Shown: positions 10,736 to 21,040 of the stretch, piece by piece | Layout of the letters: each line of letters begins with the position of its first letter | Numbering within the stretch: the stretch's first letter is position 1 | Origin: an uncultured Gammaproteobacteria bacterium | Lineage (GTDB): Bacteria; Patescibacteriota; Patescibacteriia; Magasanikbacterales; UBA922 | Assembly: GCA_964344965.1 (NCBI GenBank) | Contig: CAYFPJ010000004.1 | Span: 11,532 to 75,531, forward strand | Reading direction: 5' to 3' | Length of the DNA stretch: 64,000 bases | Notes under the pieces: model-generated | The model's input: only the letters and a program-made list of their open reading frames with translations | What the model was told of the DNA's origin: nothing | Database searches by the model: none | Program-made: the position numbers and the translations under genes

Positions 10736-11443
10736 ATGGAACAACGAACAAATAAACCTACCCAAAACAAAAAGAACATTTGGGCAATTATTGTCCCTAT
10801 AATCGCAACTACTCTGATTGTCGGCGGTCTAATTTATTGGTGGCAAAATCAACAATTCCAAAAATACGAGACAAAAATTGAAAGTATAAAAACTGAATTG
10901 CAAAGCAAAGAAACAAATGAATTGTCACTACTCAAAGAAATCGAACAATTAAAAAAACAAGCGCAAGATAGTGAAACCGGCGAAACAGAAAACATCGCAC
11001 AAACCACAGGTGACGTGTTTGGAGACAAGTATGCAAACAATACCTACAATTTCAGTTTCACTATTCCCTCAAGCTGGGTATTTCAAAAAGAAGAACAAAA
11101 CATTGGTGGCGATCCTATCCGTCTTTATTTAACTGTTCCAGGATTTAAGGAAAAAACCTTGCCAGGAGCAGATTATATACTTTCAATTTCTGTCACCGAA
11201 AGAATTTTTGAAGAAGAATATCAATACGTGGGTAGGAATGTCAGCAAAGAAAGTGAAGAAAAAATCACTGTCGCCGGTAGAGAAGCAGTCAAAAGAATTG
11301 GCCGACATGAGTTTGGCGGGTATTTGACAGTCGTAATTTTACCAAATGAGAATAACACAATTGGGTTGGTTTTGCGCACCAATGAAGAACCTTATGCTTC
11401 ACAATTCAAGACCTTGTTAGACTCATTCGAATTTGCGGAGTAA
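10736..11443 (+). CDS. hypothetical membrane-anchored coiled-coil protein
   Basis: N-terminal TM helix (IWAIIVPIIATTLIVGGLIYWW) followed by a coiled-coil region. Confidence 0.55.
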   Translation: MEQRTNKPTQNKKNIWAIIVPIIATTLIVGGLIYWWQNQQFQKYETKIESIKTELQSKETNELSLLKEIEQLKKQAQDSETGETENIAQTTGDVFGDKYANNTYNFSFTIPSSWVFQKEEQNIGGDPIRLYLTVPGFKEKTLPGADYILSISVTERIFEEEYQYVGRNVSKESEEKITVAGREAVKRIGRHEFGGYLTVVILPNENNTIGLVLRTNEEPYASQFKTLLDSFEFAE

Positions 11444-11547
11444 AAAATAAGCACAATAACATATAGCAGACTCGTGTATCCTCACTCTTCCAAATTTGAC
11501 TTATCTTTTCTTTGTCGGTATATTGTAAGTAAAGTAATCTCTAGAAT

Positions 11548-11766
11548 ATGCGCAAAATTAGCATGAAAAATGTCGTGTGGAAAGAGGGTAAGCACTATGT
11601 ATCTTGGAATCTCAATACTGGAGTTTCCAGTTTTGGTAATACAAAAAAAGAAGCTCTTGCAATGCTCCAAGAAGCGCTAGAACTTCACCTAGAGGATGTA
11701 CCTGCTTCTAAAGTACAAAAAATTGAAAGACCTGTTCTAGAATCCATGATACTAAAACATGCCTAG
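11548..11766 (+). CDS. hicB: HicB-family antitoxin (UPF0150)
   Basis: 72-aa ORF, HicB-like; overlaps the downstream HicA-like ORF by 8 nt. Confidence 0.7.
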   Translation: MRKISMKNVVWKEGKHYVSWNLNTGVSSFGNTKKEALAMLQEALELHLEDVPASKVQKIERPVLESMILKHA

Positions 11767-11986
11767 ACCAATTTCACTAAAGATAGTATTAAGAGTCCTA
11801 CAAGAAAAGGGCTTCTTTTTTGTGAGACAAAAGGGGTCTCACGCCCGTTTTGAAAAGAAAACAAAAGGTAAAACGTTCAAAGTAACAGTGAAAGTTGGGA
11901 GCAAAGAGATTCCACATGGCACTTTTCAGTCTATTTTGCTTCAATCTGGATTGAAAGAGGATGATTTTAGAAACGTGAAAAAATAA
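11759..11986 (+). CDS. hicA: HicA-family mRNA interferase toxin (YcfA-like)
   Basis: 75-aa ORF with the HicA pattern VLQEKGFFFVRQKGSHARF. Confidence 0.75.
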   Translation: MPRPISLKIVLRVLQEKGFFFVRQKGSHARFEKKTKGKTFKVTVKVGSKEIPHGTFQSILLQSGLKEDDFRNVKK

Positions 11987-12056
11987 GTCAAACTTCTGCT
12001 ATACGCGAACGTTATCCAAAATACTTGCAAAAAATTTTAGGAGAAATTAACATAGT

Positions 12057-12419
12057 ATGAAAACAACACCAAGCCACAACGAAAGAATGGCAAACATGAC
12101 ATTTGCATCAGTATACCCACACTACCTAACAAAGATAAAAAAGAAAGACAGAACAAAAAAAGAACTACACGAAGTAATAACGTGGTTGACTGGATTCGAT
12201 GAAAAAAAGATCCAAAAAATGATCACAGAAAAAGTGACATTCCAAACATTCTTTGAAAAAGCAAAGCTCAATCCAAATGCCCACCTCATCACAGGAGTGA
12301 TATGTGGCTATCGGATAGAAGAAATCGAAAATCCACTCACACAAAAAGTGAGATACCTCGACAAACTTGTTGACGAATTGGCAAAAGGAAAAACCATGGA
12401 TAAAATTTTGCGTAAATAA
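12057..12419 (+). CDS. DUF2200 family protein
   Basis: 120-aa ORF; MTFASVYP...KKDRTKKELHEVITWLTGF matches the DUF2200 signature. Confidence 0.6.
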   Translation: MKTTPSHNERMANMTFASVYPHYLTKIKKKDRTKKELHEVITWLTGFDEKKIQKMITEKVTFQTFFEKAKLNPNAHLITGVICGYRIEEIENPLTQKVRYLDKLVDELAKGKTMDKILRK

Positions 12420-12436
12420 TATAATATTACAAAAAA

Positions 12437-13594
12437 ATGAAAGCCTCTAATAACAAAATATTCTCTATTGTCGGCACCATCATCACACTGCTCCTACTTG
12501 TCTTCCCCACTCATGCCACAAGCGCACAGCAGATAGATGATATAAACCTAGAAAGCCCCCCAGTGCAAAAAGACAAATTTTATCGCGCGATAGTGACAGA
12601 CGAACCAGAAGAGACCATGATTACAGAATTTGGGCAGACCCTACTCATCCAAAAAATACCACTTGAAATTGAAAACGGGCCAGAAAAAGGAAAAAAACTA
12701 GAACTAGACTTCAGTATCTCAGCCGGTAGTCCAGGTAGTACCAGACTTTCCAAATCAGACAAAGTAATAGTGGCCAAAAGTGTATTTGGTGAGGATGTGA
12801 CCTATTATATCAGCGATGTATACAGACTCAATTCCCTATGGCTTCTGTGCGGACTATTCTTGCTCTTAGCACTAATTTTTGCCAAATGGTCTGGTCTGCG
12901 AGCCCTTTTTGGACTTCTTATCAGTTTTGCCGTCATCATATGGTTTATTGTCCCAAAAATCATAGATGGTCATAACTCCCTAATTATTGGATTTGTCGGG
13001 ACACTCATCATTGCCACAGCATCTATTTTTATTGCCCATGGCTTCCGATCACGTACCACCATTGCTTTTGTAAGTACTGTCACCACCATACTTCTGACAA
13101 TACTGCTGGCCATACTTTTTACCAACCTCATGCATTTGTTTGGGCTAGGTAGTGAAGAGGCATTTTATTTACAAGCCACTCCAGAAAAAATATTTAATTT
13201 ACGTGGTATTTTGCTAGCTGGTATCATTATCGGAACCCTGGGAGTGCTTGACGATATCACCACAGCCCAAGCTGCAGTAGTAGAAGAATTACACAAGGCA
13301 AATCCTTCTCTTAGCATTCGAGAATTATTCACCAGAGGATCTTCAGTAGGACGAGAGCACATCATCTCACTAGTCAACACTCTAGTCCTAGCCTACACAG
13401 GAGCATCTTTACCACTACTCTTGCTATTCGATATCTACGAACGTCCGACATGGATTATCTTGAATAGTGAAATAGTAATTGAAGAGATAGTGCGAATGCT
13501 GATAGGAAGTATGGCCCTAATTCTGGCTGTGCCACTTACCACAGGGCTGGCAGCATGGTATTATGGCAGAAAGAAAAATATAGAAAATAAATAA
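12437..13594 (+). CDS. YibE/F family membrane protein
   Basis: 385-aa ORF with a signal/TM start, periplasmic domain, then multiple TM helices; GVLDDITTAQAA motif. Confidence 0.65.
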   Translation: MKASNNKIFSIVGTIITLLLLVFPTHATSAQQIDDINLESPPVQKDKFYRAIVTDEPEETMITEFGQTLLIQKIPLEIENGPEKGKKLELDFSISAGSPGSTRLSKSDKVIVAKSVFGEDVTYYISDVYRLNSLWLLCGLFLLLALIFAKWSGLRALFGLLISFAVIIWFIVPKIIDGHNSLIIGFVGTLIIATASIFIAHGFRSRTTIAFVSTVTTILLTILLAILFTNLMHLFGLGSEEAFYLQATPEKIFNLRGILLAGIIIGTLGVLDDITTAQAAVVEELHKANPSLSIRELFTRGSSVGREHIISLVNTLVLAYTGASLPLLLLFDIYERPTWIILNSEIVIEEIVRMLIGSMALILAVPLTTGLAAWYYGRKKNIENK

Positions 13595-13602
13595 TAAAAT
13601 TT

Positions 13603-13953
13603 ATGTTGTTAAAAGGAGTGGTGAAAAAAGGAACAGGTAAAGGCAGGAGAAGAGGTGTTCCAACAGCAAATATTATTATCGAAGAGAGACATTATAATTT
13701 CTTAAGAGAGGGAGTATACGCAGCCTGGACAAAACTAGACGGAAAGACTTATAAGTCAGCATTTTCTGCCCAAATAGAAAAAAGAAAGATACAAGTTCAC
13801 CTCATAGACTATACTGGAGATGACTTCTATGAAAAAGAAATAGAGATAGACCTATATCAGCAAATATCCCAAATGGAAGATTTCAACGATGAAGAAGAGC
13901 TGGCACAAAAAATACAAAGAGATATATCGATTGCCAGAGAGTGTCTCCAGTAG
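13603..13953 (+). CDS. riboflavin kinase (flavokinase domain only)
   Basis: 116-aa ORF; G.V..GTGKGRRRGVPTANI matches the flavokinase GxVxxGxxxGRxLGFPTAN motif. Confidence 0.7.
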   Translation: MLLKGVVKKGTGKGRRRGVPTANIIIEERHYNFLREGVYAAWTKLDGKTYKSAFSAQIEKRKIQVHLIDYTGDDFYEKEIEIDLYQQISQMEDFNDEEELAQKIQRDISIARECLQ

Positions 13954-13994
13954 CAAACTGAAATTATTTTACAAATTTATTTTAGAATTAAGCT

Positions 13995-14504
13995 ATGAAA
14001 AAATATTTTATCCTAATTCCTATATTATTTATTGCCATATTTCTAACGGGATGCACCAAAACAGAATATGAGTCAGACAGTCAAAATCCAACAAATGAAG
14101 AGGTTTCTGATAATTGGCAAAATTATAGTGACGAGCAGCATAATTTTGAATTTCAATATATAAAAAATGGCAATTCATCCATCTCATACGAAGGTAGACC
14201 AACCGGACTAATATTTTCTGTCCAAAAAGATGGAGTGGAAGCCTTATATGGAAAATTTGAAAAAGAAGAAAATAAAATTTCTTCAGAGTGTAAAGATGAC
14301 CAAGAAGATATCGGAGAAATTGAAATCGGAGGAATACCCACAAGAAAATGTAGTAATCATAAAAAATCTTCTTGGAGTGCAACTATTCAAAAAGAAAATA
14401 TAGATGAGACATTTGATACTTACACTATGACCTGTAGCAACGAAAGAGATAATTTTTATTCTTACTGCGATCAACTTCTTTCAACCTTCAAATTTGTAAA
14501 CTAA
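13995..14504 (+). CDS. hypothetical lipoprotein
   Basis: Signal peptide with lipobox LTGC. Confidence 0.6.
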   Translation: MKKYFILIPILFIAIFLTGCTKTEYESDSQNPTNEEVSDNWQNYSDEQHNFEFQYIKNGNSSISYEGRPTGLIFSVQKDGVEALYGKFEKEENKISSECKDDQEDIGEIEIGGIPTRKCSNHKKSSWSATIQKENIDETFDTYTMTCSNERDNFYSYCDQLLSTFKFVN

Positions 14505-14614
14505 ATCTCAAGCCAGCTAAAAAATCAACTTTCCTGTCCACTATCAAGAAGTTGATTTTTTGTTTATAAAGCTGTATCATAGTTTGAAGTGATAAAAAAT
14601 AACTTAATTAAATT

Positions 14615-16252
14615 ATGGAAAAAGAGCAACAACCAAAACAAGTAGGTAAGCCGTATCTCCTATTCAAAAAAGAACAGGCTCAACAAAAAAAAGAATTTGA
14701 TGTCATTGTTGTTGGCTCTGGTACTGGCGGACTGAGCGTCGCTTCTATACTGGCTCAAGAAGGAAAAAAAGTTTTGGTACTAGAGCAACACTACGTCATC
14801 GGAGGCTACACTCATGCTTTTGAACGCAAAGGTTATATCTGGGATATAGGATTGCACTATGTCGGCAATGTCCATATCAAAAATACCCTACTGAATAAAG
14901 TATTTCGTTACATTAGTAAAGAAAAACTAGAATGGGAACCACTTGACGACATCTATGACCGCGTAGTTTTTGGAGATACAGAATATGAATTTCCTAGAGG
15001 AAGAGCCAATTTTAAAGCAAAACTAAAAGAATATTTTCCTGATGAAAAAGATCGCAATTCTATTGACGCATATTTCGAACTGTTAGATCAAGTAAGTAAA
15101 ATAAGTGGAGGATTTTTTGCCGAAAAAGTATTACCAGAATTTCTCGCCAAAATACTTGGCCCCATGTTGCGCAAGAAGGTCCTAAAATTTTCAGACCAAT
15201 ACACGCTACCAGTCCTAAAATCAATCACAGACAACGAAAAACTAATTGGAGTGCTGACAGCACAGTATGGTGACTATGGTCTACATCCTAGTAAGAGCAG
15301 CTTCTACATGCATGCCACTCTCGCCAATCACTATATGGAAGGTGCCGGCTATCCTCTGGGCGGGGGACCAAGCTTTGCTAAGACAATAGTACCAATCATT
15401 GAAGAAGCTGGCGGTGAAGTCCTGATGCAAGCTTCTGTAAAACAAGTAATTGTAGAAAATAATACAGCAATCGGAGTAGAAATGGCTGATGGTGAAAAAA
15501 TATATGCTAGTACTGTAGTCAGTGGTGCCGGAGCAGTGAACACCTATGAGCACCTACTTCCAAAAGAAATAGCAGAAAAGCATGGTATAAAAGAACAACT
15601 GGAAAAACTTTCACCTTCACTAGCTCATATGGGGCTTTATGTAGGAATAAAAGAGCCAACCGAGAATTTAAACCTGCCAAAATGTAATTACTGGCTCTTC
15701 CCAGACGAGTACGATCATGAAAAAAACCAAGCAAATTACAAAGACATCAATTCTCCCCTACCTATTGCTTTTGCTTCATTCCCCTCTGCCAAGGATCCAA
15801 TGTCTGAAAAAAACCATCCAGGCAGAACCACTGCTGAAGTGATTATTCTATTGCCTGACACTTGGTTTGAGAAGTGGAAAGGTACAGCTTGGAAAAAGCG
15901 CGATGAAGAGTATGAGGCTCTAAAAGAAAAAGTTGCAGAACAAATGTTTGAACAATTGTACAGAATTGCACCACAGCTGAAAGGAAAAGTAGACTATTAT
16001 GAAGTGTCCTCTCCCCTATCAACTATTCATTTCTCAGGACACCGTCGTGGTGAGATATATGGCGCAGCACTAGATCCGGATCGCTTCAGACAAAAATTCT
16101 TGAAACCAATTACTCCAGTCAAAAATTTCTTCATGACCGGACAAGACGCTATGGTCGCTAGTATCTCTGGCGGAGTGATGGGAGGAGTACTAGCAGCAAC
16201 AGCAATATTGAAAAAGAATATCATATGGAAAATAACTCGAAAAATGAAATAA
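14615..16252 (+). CDS. FAD-dependent oxidoreductase, phytoene desaturase/CrtI-like family
   Basis: 545-aa ORF with an N-terminal FAD-binding motif DVIVVGSGTGGLSVA...LVLEQH...GG. Confidence 0.7.
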   Translation: MEKEQQPKQVGKPYLLFKKEQAQQKKEFDVIVVGSGTGGLSVASILAQEGKKVLVLEQHYVIGGYTHAFERKGYIWDIGLHYVGNVHIKNTLLNKVFRYISKEKLEWEPLDDIYDRVVFGDTEYEFPRGRANFKAKLKEYFPDEKDRNSIDAYFELLDQVSKISGGFFAEKVLPEFLAKILGPMLRKKVLKFSDQYTLPVLKSITDNEKLIGVLTAQYGDYGLHPSKSSFYMHATLANHYMEGAGYPLGGGPSFAKTIVPIIEEAGGEVLMQASVKQVIVENNTAIGVEMADGEKIYASTVVSGAGAVNTYEHLLPKEIAEKHGIKEQLEKLSPSLAHMGLYVGIKEPTENLNLPKCNYWLFPDEYDHEKNQANYKDINSPLPIAFASFPSAKDPMSEKNHPGRTTAEVIILLPDTWFEKWKGTAWKKRDEEYEALKEKVAEQMFEQLYRIAPQLKGKVDYYEVSSPLSTIHFSGHRRGEIYGAALDPDRFRQKFLKPITPVKNFFMTGQDAMVASISGGVMGGVLAATAILKKNIIWKITRKMK

Positions 16253-17505
16253 CAAATCATGATAAAGAAATGCGTATCGTGATTATTGGTGCTGGAGCGG
16301 CAGGACTGACAGCTGCCTCCGCACTTCGTGACAAAGGATATCAGAATATCACAATCCTCGAGCGCAGTGACCATGCTGGGGGGAAATGTTCTACGGTAGA
16401 CATAGATGGCAAAAATTATGAACTGGGAGCTGGCATGATAGCCAAGAGCAACACTACTGTTTTAAACTTTGTAAAAAAATATAAAATTCCACTAGCCCAA
16501 GTACCTTTTGGGGCAACAGTCATAACAAAAGAGGCACCAAGAGAAACGGAAAAAAAATTAACACTCCCCCATAGTCTAAAGATCATCCATCAGGCACTGT
16601 GGACTTATCGTAGATTACAAAAAAAGTATAAACTAAAAAAACCTGGTTTCTTCAATATCGACCACCAAGAGCTTTCCATGTCCTTTGCTAAGTTTGCCAA
16701 GAAATACAAAATTGAAGATCTGGCACGCAATTTTGAATTATCACATACTGGATTTGGGTATGGATACTTCGCAGATGTGCCAGCAGCCTATGTTCTAAAA
16801 TATTTCTCATTAGGAATCATGCTATCTTCTGTGACACGACGTATGTATGTTTTTCCAAACGGCATCCAACGACTGTGGACCAGGGTAGCAGAAGACTTTA
16901 GCATCATGTACGATACAAACATCACAAAAATAGTGAGAAAAAATTCTCAAATATCTATTGAAATAGAAGGAAAAAAAGACCCTCTAGTTTGTGATAAAAT
17001 TATTATTACTTCACCACTAGACGAACTTGCAGAATTCTTGGATGTGAATAATCAAGAAAAAAATTTATTCTCTCAAATCCAATATATTGATTATCGTGTC
17101 TTAGTGTGCGAACTGGAAGGATTCCCACGCAAAACTGGATATGCTTCTTACAATTTTTTCTCATCACGAGCAGGGTGTCCAGTATTTTGGTACCACAGAC
17201 ACAAAGATACAGACATCACTATATTCTATGCACTGGCTGACTTTGAAATGTCAGATGATCAAGTCACAAATAAAACCAGCGAATTCGTCACCAAAATGGG
17301 CGGCAAGGTAAAGAGGGTAGAAAGAGTAATTCGTTGGAAATACTTTCCACACGTTTCAGAAGAAAGAATCAGAGAAGGATACTATGATAAATTAGAAAGC
17401 TTACAAGGCCAAAACAATACTTATTATGCTGGAGAGCTGATGAACTTTAGTACTGTTGGTTTGACTTCACAGTATGCAGAATATCTAGTAAATAAATTTT
17501 TTTAA
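16225..17505 (+). CDS. FAD-dependent amine-oxidase-like oxidoreductase
   Basis: Rossmann motif RIVIIGAGAAGLTAA...ILERSDHAGGK; start may be the internal ATG at 16270. Confidence 0.65.
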   Translation: MENNSKNEITNHDKEMRIVIIGAGAAGLTAASALRDKGYQNITILERSDHAGGKCSTVDIDGKNYELGAGMIAKSNTTVLNFVKKYKIPLAQVPFGATVITKEAPRETEKKLTLPHSLKIIHQALWTYRRLQKKYKLKKPGFFNIDHQELSMSFAKFAKKYKIEDLARNFELSHTGFGYGYFADVPAAYVLKYFSLGIMLSSVTRRMYVFPNGIQRLWTRVAEDFSIMYDTNITKIVRKNSQISIEIEGKKDPLVCDKIIITSPLDELAEFLDVNNQEKNLFSQIQYIDYRVLVCELEGFPRKTGYASYNFFSSRAGCPVFWYHRHKDTDITIFYALADFEMSDDQVTNKTSEFVTKMGGKVKRVERVIRWKYFPHVSEERIREGYYDKLESLQGQNNTYYAGELMNFSTVGLTSQYAEYLVNKFF

Positions 17506-17508
17506 TAC

Positions 17509-17811
17509 TTGCACTATGGAACAAAAAAAGACTTCACAAAAGAATTCTCTATCCAAAAGAAAAAACTTCGTCCCTGGGCAATATTATTGCTTGCAATTGC
17601 CATTTCTGTCGTTTTAGTACTGCCAATTTTATCTATTACTGTTGGTATTGACAAAGCACTACTCTCTCACTATTTGGTCTTATCTGCAATTCTCTCAATA
17701 ATTTCTGCAATCAAAGTAATAAAATTTTCCAAATGTCCAAACTGTAAAAAATACATGGGCAGAGACATAGGAAAATTTTGTCCGAACTGTTCAGTACAGA
17801 CACAAGAATAA
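17509..17811 (+). CDS. hypothetical small membrane protein with a C-terminal zinc-ribbon (CPNC...CPNC)
   Basis: 100-aa ORF with TM helices and two CxxC pairs. Confidence 0.5.
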   Translation: MHYGTKKDFTKEFSIQKKKLRPWAILLLAIAISVVLVLPILSITVGIDKALLSHYLVLSAILSIISAIKVIKFSKCPNCKKYMGRDIGKFCPNCSVQTQE

Positions 17812-17820
17812 TTATTTAAA

Positions 17821-18318
17821 ATGTTTATGCCTCGTCATTACTCTCAAACTTTTGGTGTCGTAGGAGCCATATTGGAAAAAGATGGTAAGATTGCTTTGGT
17901 AAAAGAATCAGGAACAAAAAAACACCCAGATAATGGCAAGTGGAATCACCCAGCTGGCTGGCTTGACGTAGGAGAAGATCCTATTGTTGGGGCCAAGAGA
18001 GAGGCGGAAGAAGAAACTGGCTACAAATTTACACCCACATCTCTTTTGGGGATCTACTCACTAGTGCGTAACGATGTTGAAAAAGACTGCGGTGGTACTC
18101 CACATCCAATAAAAATGATCTTTGTCGGAGAAATAGATACAAACAACCAGTCGCCTCTTTCAGAAGACGTGTCAGAAGTAAGATGGTTTACACCACAAGA
18201 AATATACGACATGGATCAAAGCACACTAAGAGACGCTGACATAAAGACAATGGTGAAGAATTATTTTGAAGGAAAGAAATATCCACTGGAGGTCCTCTCT
18301 CATTATGTTCAAGAGTGA
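17821..18318 (+). CDS. NUDIX hydrolase
   Basis: Nudix box [23 protein letters not shown]. Confidence 0.8.
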   Translation: MFMPRHYSQTFGVVGAILEKDGKIALVKESGTKKHPDNGKWNHPAGWLDVGEDPIVGAKREAEEETGYKFTPTSLLGIYSLVRNDVEKDCGGTPHPIKMIFVGEIDTNNQSPLSEDVSEVRWFTPQEIYDMDQSTLRDADIKTMVKNYFEGKKYPLEVLSHYVQE

Positions 18319-18334
18319 TCATAAGTCATTTTTT

Positions 18335-18706
18335 ATGCCTAATCAATACAACTATCTCACTCCCGAGGAGCAAGAAGTAATTATAAACAAAGGAACTGAA
18401 AAACCCTTCAGTGGTGAGTTTGTAAATCATCATGAAGTAGGCACATACGTTTGTCGACAATGCAACTCCCCTCTTTATAGATCTGAAGACAAATTTGATT
18501 CTCACTGCGGCTGGCCCAGCTTTGATGATGAAATACCTGGGGCAGTAAATCACCTCCAAGATGCTGACGGAAGAAGAACAGAAATAATCTGCAATAATTG
18601 CAGCGGCCATCTTGGACATGTCTTTGAAGGAGAAAAAATGACTGCCAAAAATACTAGACACTGCGTCAACTCTATCTCTCTCAAATTTATTCCTCAAAAA
18701 AATTAG
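18335..18706 (+). CDS. msrB: peptide-methionine (R)-S-oxide reductase MsrB
   Basis: GTYVCRQC...HCGWPSF...[12 protein letters not shown] (SelR motifs); start taken at the internal ATG 18335. Confidence 0.85.
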   Translation: MPNQYNYLTPEEQEVIINKGTEKPFSGEFVNHHEVGTYVCRQCNSPLYRSEDKFDSHCGWPSFDDEIPGAVNHLQDADGRRTEIICNNCSGHLGHVFEGEKMTAKNTRHCVNSISLKFIPQKN

Positions 18707-18758
18707 TATCCATTAGTATTATTGGCATAAATTCGCATATTAGCATTATTATTCGCAT

Positions 18759-19241
18759 ATGGAAAAAGCATATTTTGCCGGCGGCTGCTTCTGGGGCGTA
18801 GAATACTTCTTTGCCAAGCAACCAGGAGTAATGGAAACCACTGTCGGCTACATCGGTGGTCACAAAGAAAATCCAACTTACAAAGAAGTCTGCAATAAAA
18901 CCACTGGTCATATCGAAGCCATGGAGGTGGTGTTTGATGAAGACAAGACAAGTTTTGAAGATTTGGCAAAGCTATTTTTTGAAATTCATGATCCGACTCA
19001 AGTGAATGGCCAAGGGCCAGACATTGGTGAGCAGTACAAGTCTGCTATTTTTTATACTGATGATGAACAAAAAAGTAAATCAGAAGAACTAATTGCTATT
19101 TTGAAAGAAAAAGGGTACGATGTGGTTACAAAGCTGATCAAGGCCGAAAAATTCTGGCCAGCCGAGGACTATCACCAAGATTACTATGATAAGAAAGACT
19201 CTACGCCGTATTGTCATAGTTATGTTAAAAAATTTGATTGA
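18759..19241 (+). CDS. msrA: peptide-methionine (S)-S-oxide reductase MsrA
   Basis: AYFAGGCFWGVE active-site motif. Confidence 0.85.
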   Translation: MEKAYFAGGCFWGVEYFFAKQPGVMETTVGYIGGHKENPTYKEVCNKTTGHIEAMEVVFDEDKTSFEDLAKLFFEIHDPTQVNGQGPDIGEQYKSAIFYTDDEQKSKSEELIAILKEKGYDVVTKLIKAEKFWPAEDYHQDYYDKKDSTPYCHSYVKKFD

Positions 19242-19247
19242 TAAAAT

Positions 19248-19958
19248 ATGGATAGAACAGAACCAGGAGGACCAAATCCAGAACAACTAGCTAAAGAAGA
19301 GCGTGAAAAGCATCTCAGAGAAACTACAGAAATACTGAAAGAAAAAGATAATAGGAATCACAAACTGTCTATTGAAGGATGGAGGCTTTTGGCAGAGCAC
19401 GAAGATTATGAAACTTATAGAAATATGGGTTATAACATTTTATATCAATTAGAGGTTGGGCTAGTCAGTAGACTATTCGGTGGCCCTGAAAATCTGAGAG
19501 GGAAAACTATCATACTTCTTGGTGGGGCAAAAAACTTTAGAATAAAGGATAAAAATAGTAGAGCAAAAAATTTATCACCAGCAGAAATACTCGCATTGCA
19601 TGGAGCGAAAGTGATTGTTGTTGATTTATATATCGACAAAAAAGATTTTTTACCAATACCAGGCATTACTGTCTTAGAAGGTAATCTAAAAGACCTAAGC
19701 CTAGAGAAAAAAGCAGACTTGCTAGTAACCCAATCTGTTTTCACAAACAGAATGGCACCTGATTTTTTCAATGAAACATTAGAGGCTTCGAAAGATCTGG
19801 CATTGCTTCAAGCTCATATTTGTGCCCAATTTGAATCCCCTTACCCTAAATTAAAGGAAGAAGAATTGCCTGGAAAAGTACTATTTTGTGACACAAAAAA
19901 AGAAGGTGAGGGTTTTAATGGTCGCACACATTTTCTCATTATAGACAATCAAGAATAA
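19248..19958 (+). CDS. hypothetical protein
   Basis: 236-aa ORF with no recognised motif. Confidence 0.5.
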   Translation: MDRTEPGGPNPEQLAKEEREKHLRETTEILKEKDNRNHKLSIEGWRLLAEHEDYETYRNMGYNILYQLEVGLVSRLFGGPENLRGKTIILLGGAKNFRIKDKNSRAKNLSPAEILALHGAKVIVVDLYIDKKDFLPIPGITVLEGNLKDLSLEKKADLLVTQSVFTNRMAPDFFNETLEASKDLALLQAHICAQFESPYPKLKEEELPGKVLFCDTKKEGEGFNGRTHFLIIDNQE

Positions 19959-20035
19959 GATATATAAAAACTTGACAACAAACTTGACAACAATCCCACA
20001 TTGATCTAAAATACAAAAACTTACAACCAAACCAC

Positions 20036-20252
20036 ATATATTACGGAAGTGAGGTGAGATTCCTCCACTGTGCCGCAACGGTAATTGGTCTTCCTAGTCT
20101 TCACGGATAAGCACCTTGTAAAAAGGGACTTGTCCGGCGAAGCTTTAGCGAAGCCGGAGTCCGGTCTGTGTATATGTGCAATTCCCGAGCAGGAAAACAA
20201 GTAAATTGTCTTTACTTTTTGCCATCTTCCTGACTCTCTGGAAGATTTTTTT
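20036..20252 (+). promoter_or_regulatory. candidate cobalamin (B12) riboswitch with an intrinsic-terminator expression platform
   Basis: GGUGAGAUUCC, GCAACGGUAA and a B12-box-like AGCCGGAGUCCGGUC element resemble the RF00174 core; hairpin TCTTCC-N8-GGAAGA followed by T7 at 20225-20252; lies upstream of DUF4430 genes. Confidence 0.55.
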
Positions 20253-20261
20253 ATACTAAAA

Positions 20262-20368
20262 ACGTCATTGCGAGGAGTCTGAAAGAACGACGTGGCAATC
20301 TCAGTGTCTGTAAGTAAAAACGCGAGATTACCACGTCGTGTGGCTTCGCCCACCCCTCGCAATGACGA
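20262..20368. mobile_element. MITE-like element M1 with 15-bp terminal inverted repeats CGTCATTGCGAGGAG / CCTCGCAATGACG
   Basis: Homologous copies at 43314, 44727 and 47153; inserted between the riboswitch terminator and the first gene of the cluster. Confidence 0.8.
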
Positions 20369-20398
20369 AAATATTTACCAAAATCAGTCAATAAATTT

Positions 20399-21040
20399 AT
20401 GCAAAACACAAATTCAAAAATCCTTATCTTTGCGCTATTACTCCTACTTGCTGGAGCTGCTTGCAACCAAATAACAATACCAGAATCTCCATATGAATCT
20501 GATAAATCAGAAAAGATTGAAATAACAATAGATTCAGATTTGGAGATAGAACAAGTACCAAAAGTAGAAGAAGAGCTCCCGCCTGATGACACTCCCCCAC
20601 CAACTATAGTAGAAAAAAAAGTAGAAGAAAAACTGGAAATAGAAGATGGGTCCACGGCGCCAATAGATGTAGTCCCGCAGAAGCAGTCAAGGAATTATGA
20701 AAGTAAATACAAGAATAACACAGATAAAGAAAAAAGAGATGTGCTGATAACCTCATTTCTAGTACAAGACGAAGAGTATAATATAGAAATTCCCGAAGGT
20801 AGTACAGGCTACGATCTAATGCAGAGTGCTAGTACCCAATCAAATTTCACTTTCTCTGCCAAAAATTTTCCTGGTCTTGGTTATTTCATTGAAGAAATCA
20901 ATGGTCAAAAAAATGATCATATGAAAGGAATCTACTGGATTTATTATATCAACGGCGAAAAAGCAAAAGTAGGTATATCGAATTATTTATTAACTAATGG
21001 AGACATAATTGAATGGAAGTATGAAAATGAAAAATTTTAA
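20399..21040 (+). CDS. DUF4430 domain lipoprotein (transcobalamin beta-domain-like)
   Basis: Signal peptide with lipobox (LLLAGAAC); C-terminal DUF4430-like region YWIYYINGEKAKVGISNYLLTNGDIIEWKYE. Confidence 0.6.
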   Translation: MQNTNSKILIFALLLLLAGAACNQITIPESPYESDKSEKIEITIDSDLEIEQVPKVEEELPPDDTPPPTIVEKKVEEKLEIEDGSTAPIDVVPQKQSRNYESKYKNNTDKEKRDVLITSFLVQDEEYNIEIPEGSTGYDLMQSASTQSNFTFSAKNFPGLGYFIEEINGQKNDHMKGIYWIYYINGEKAKVGISNYLLTNGDIIEWKYENEKF

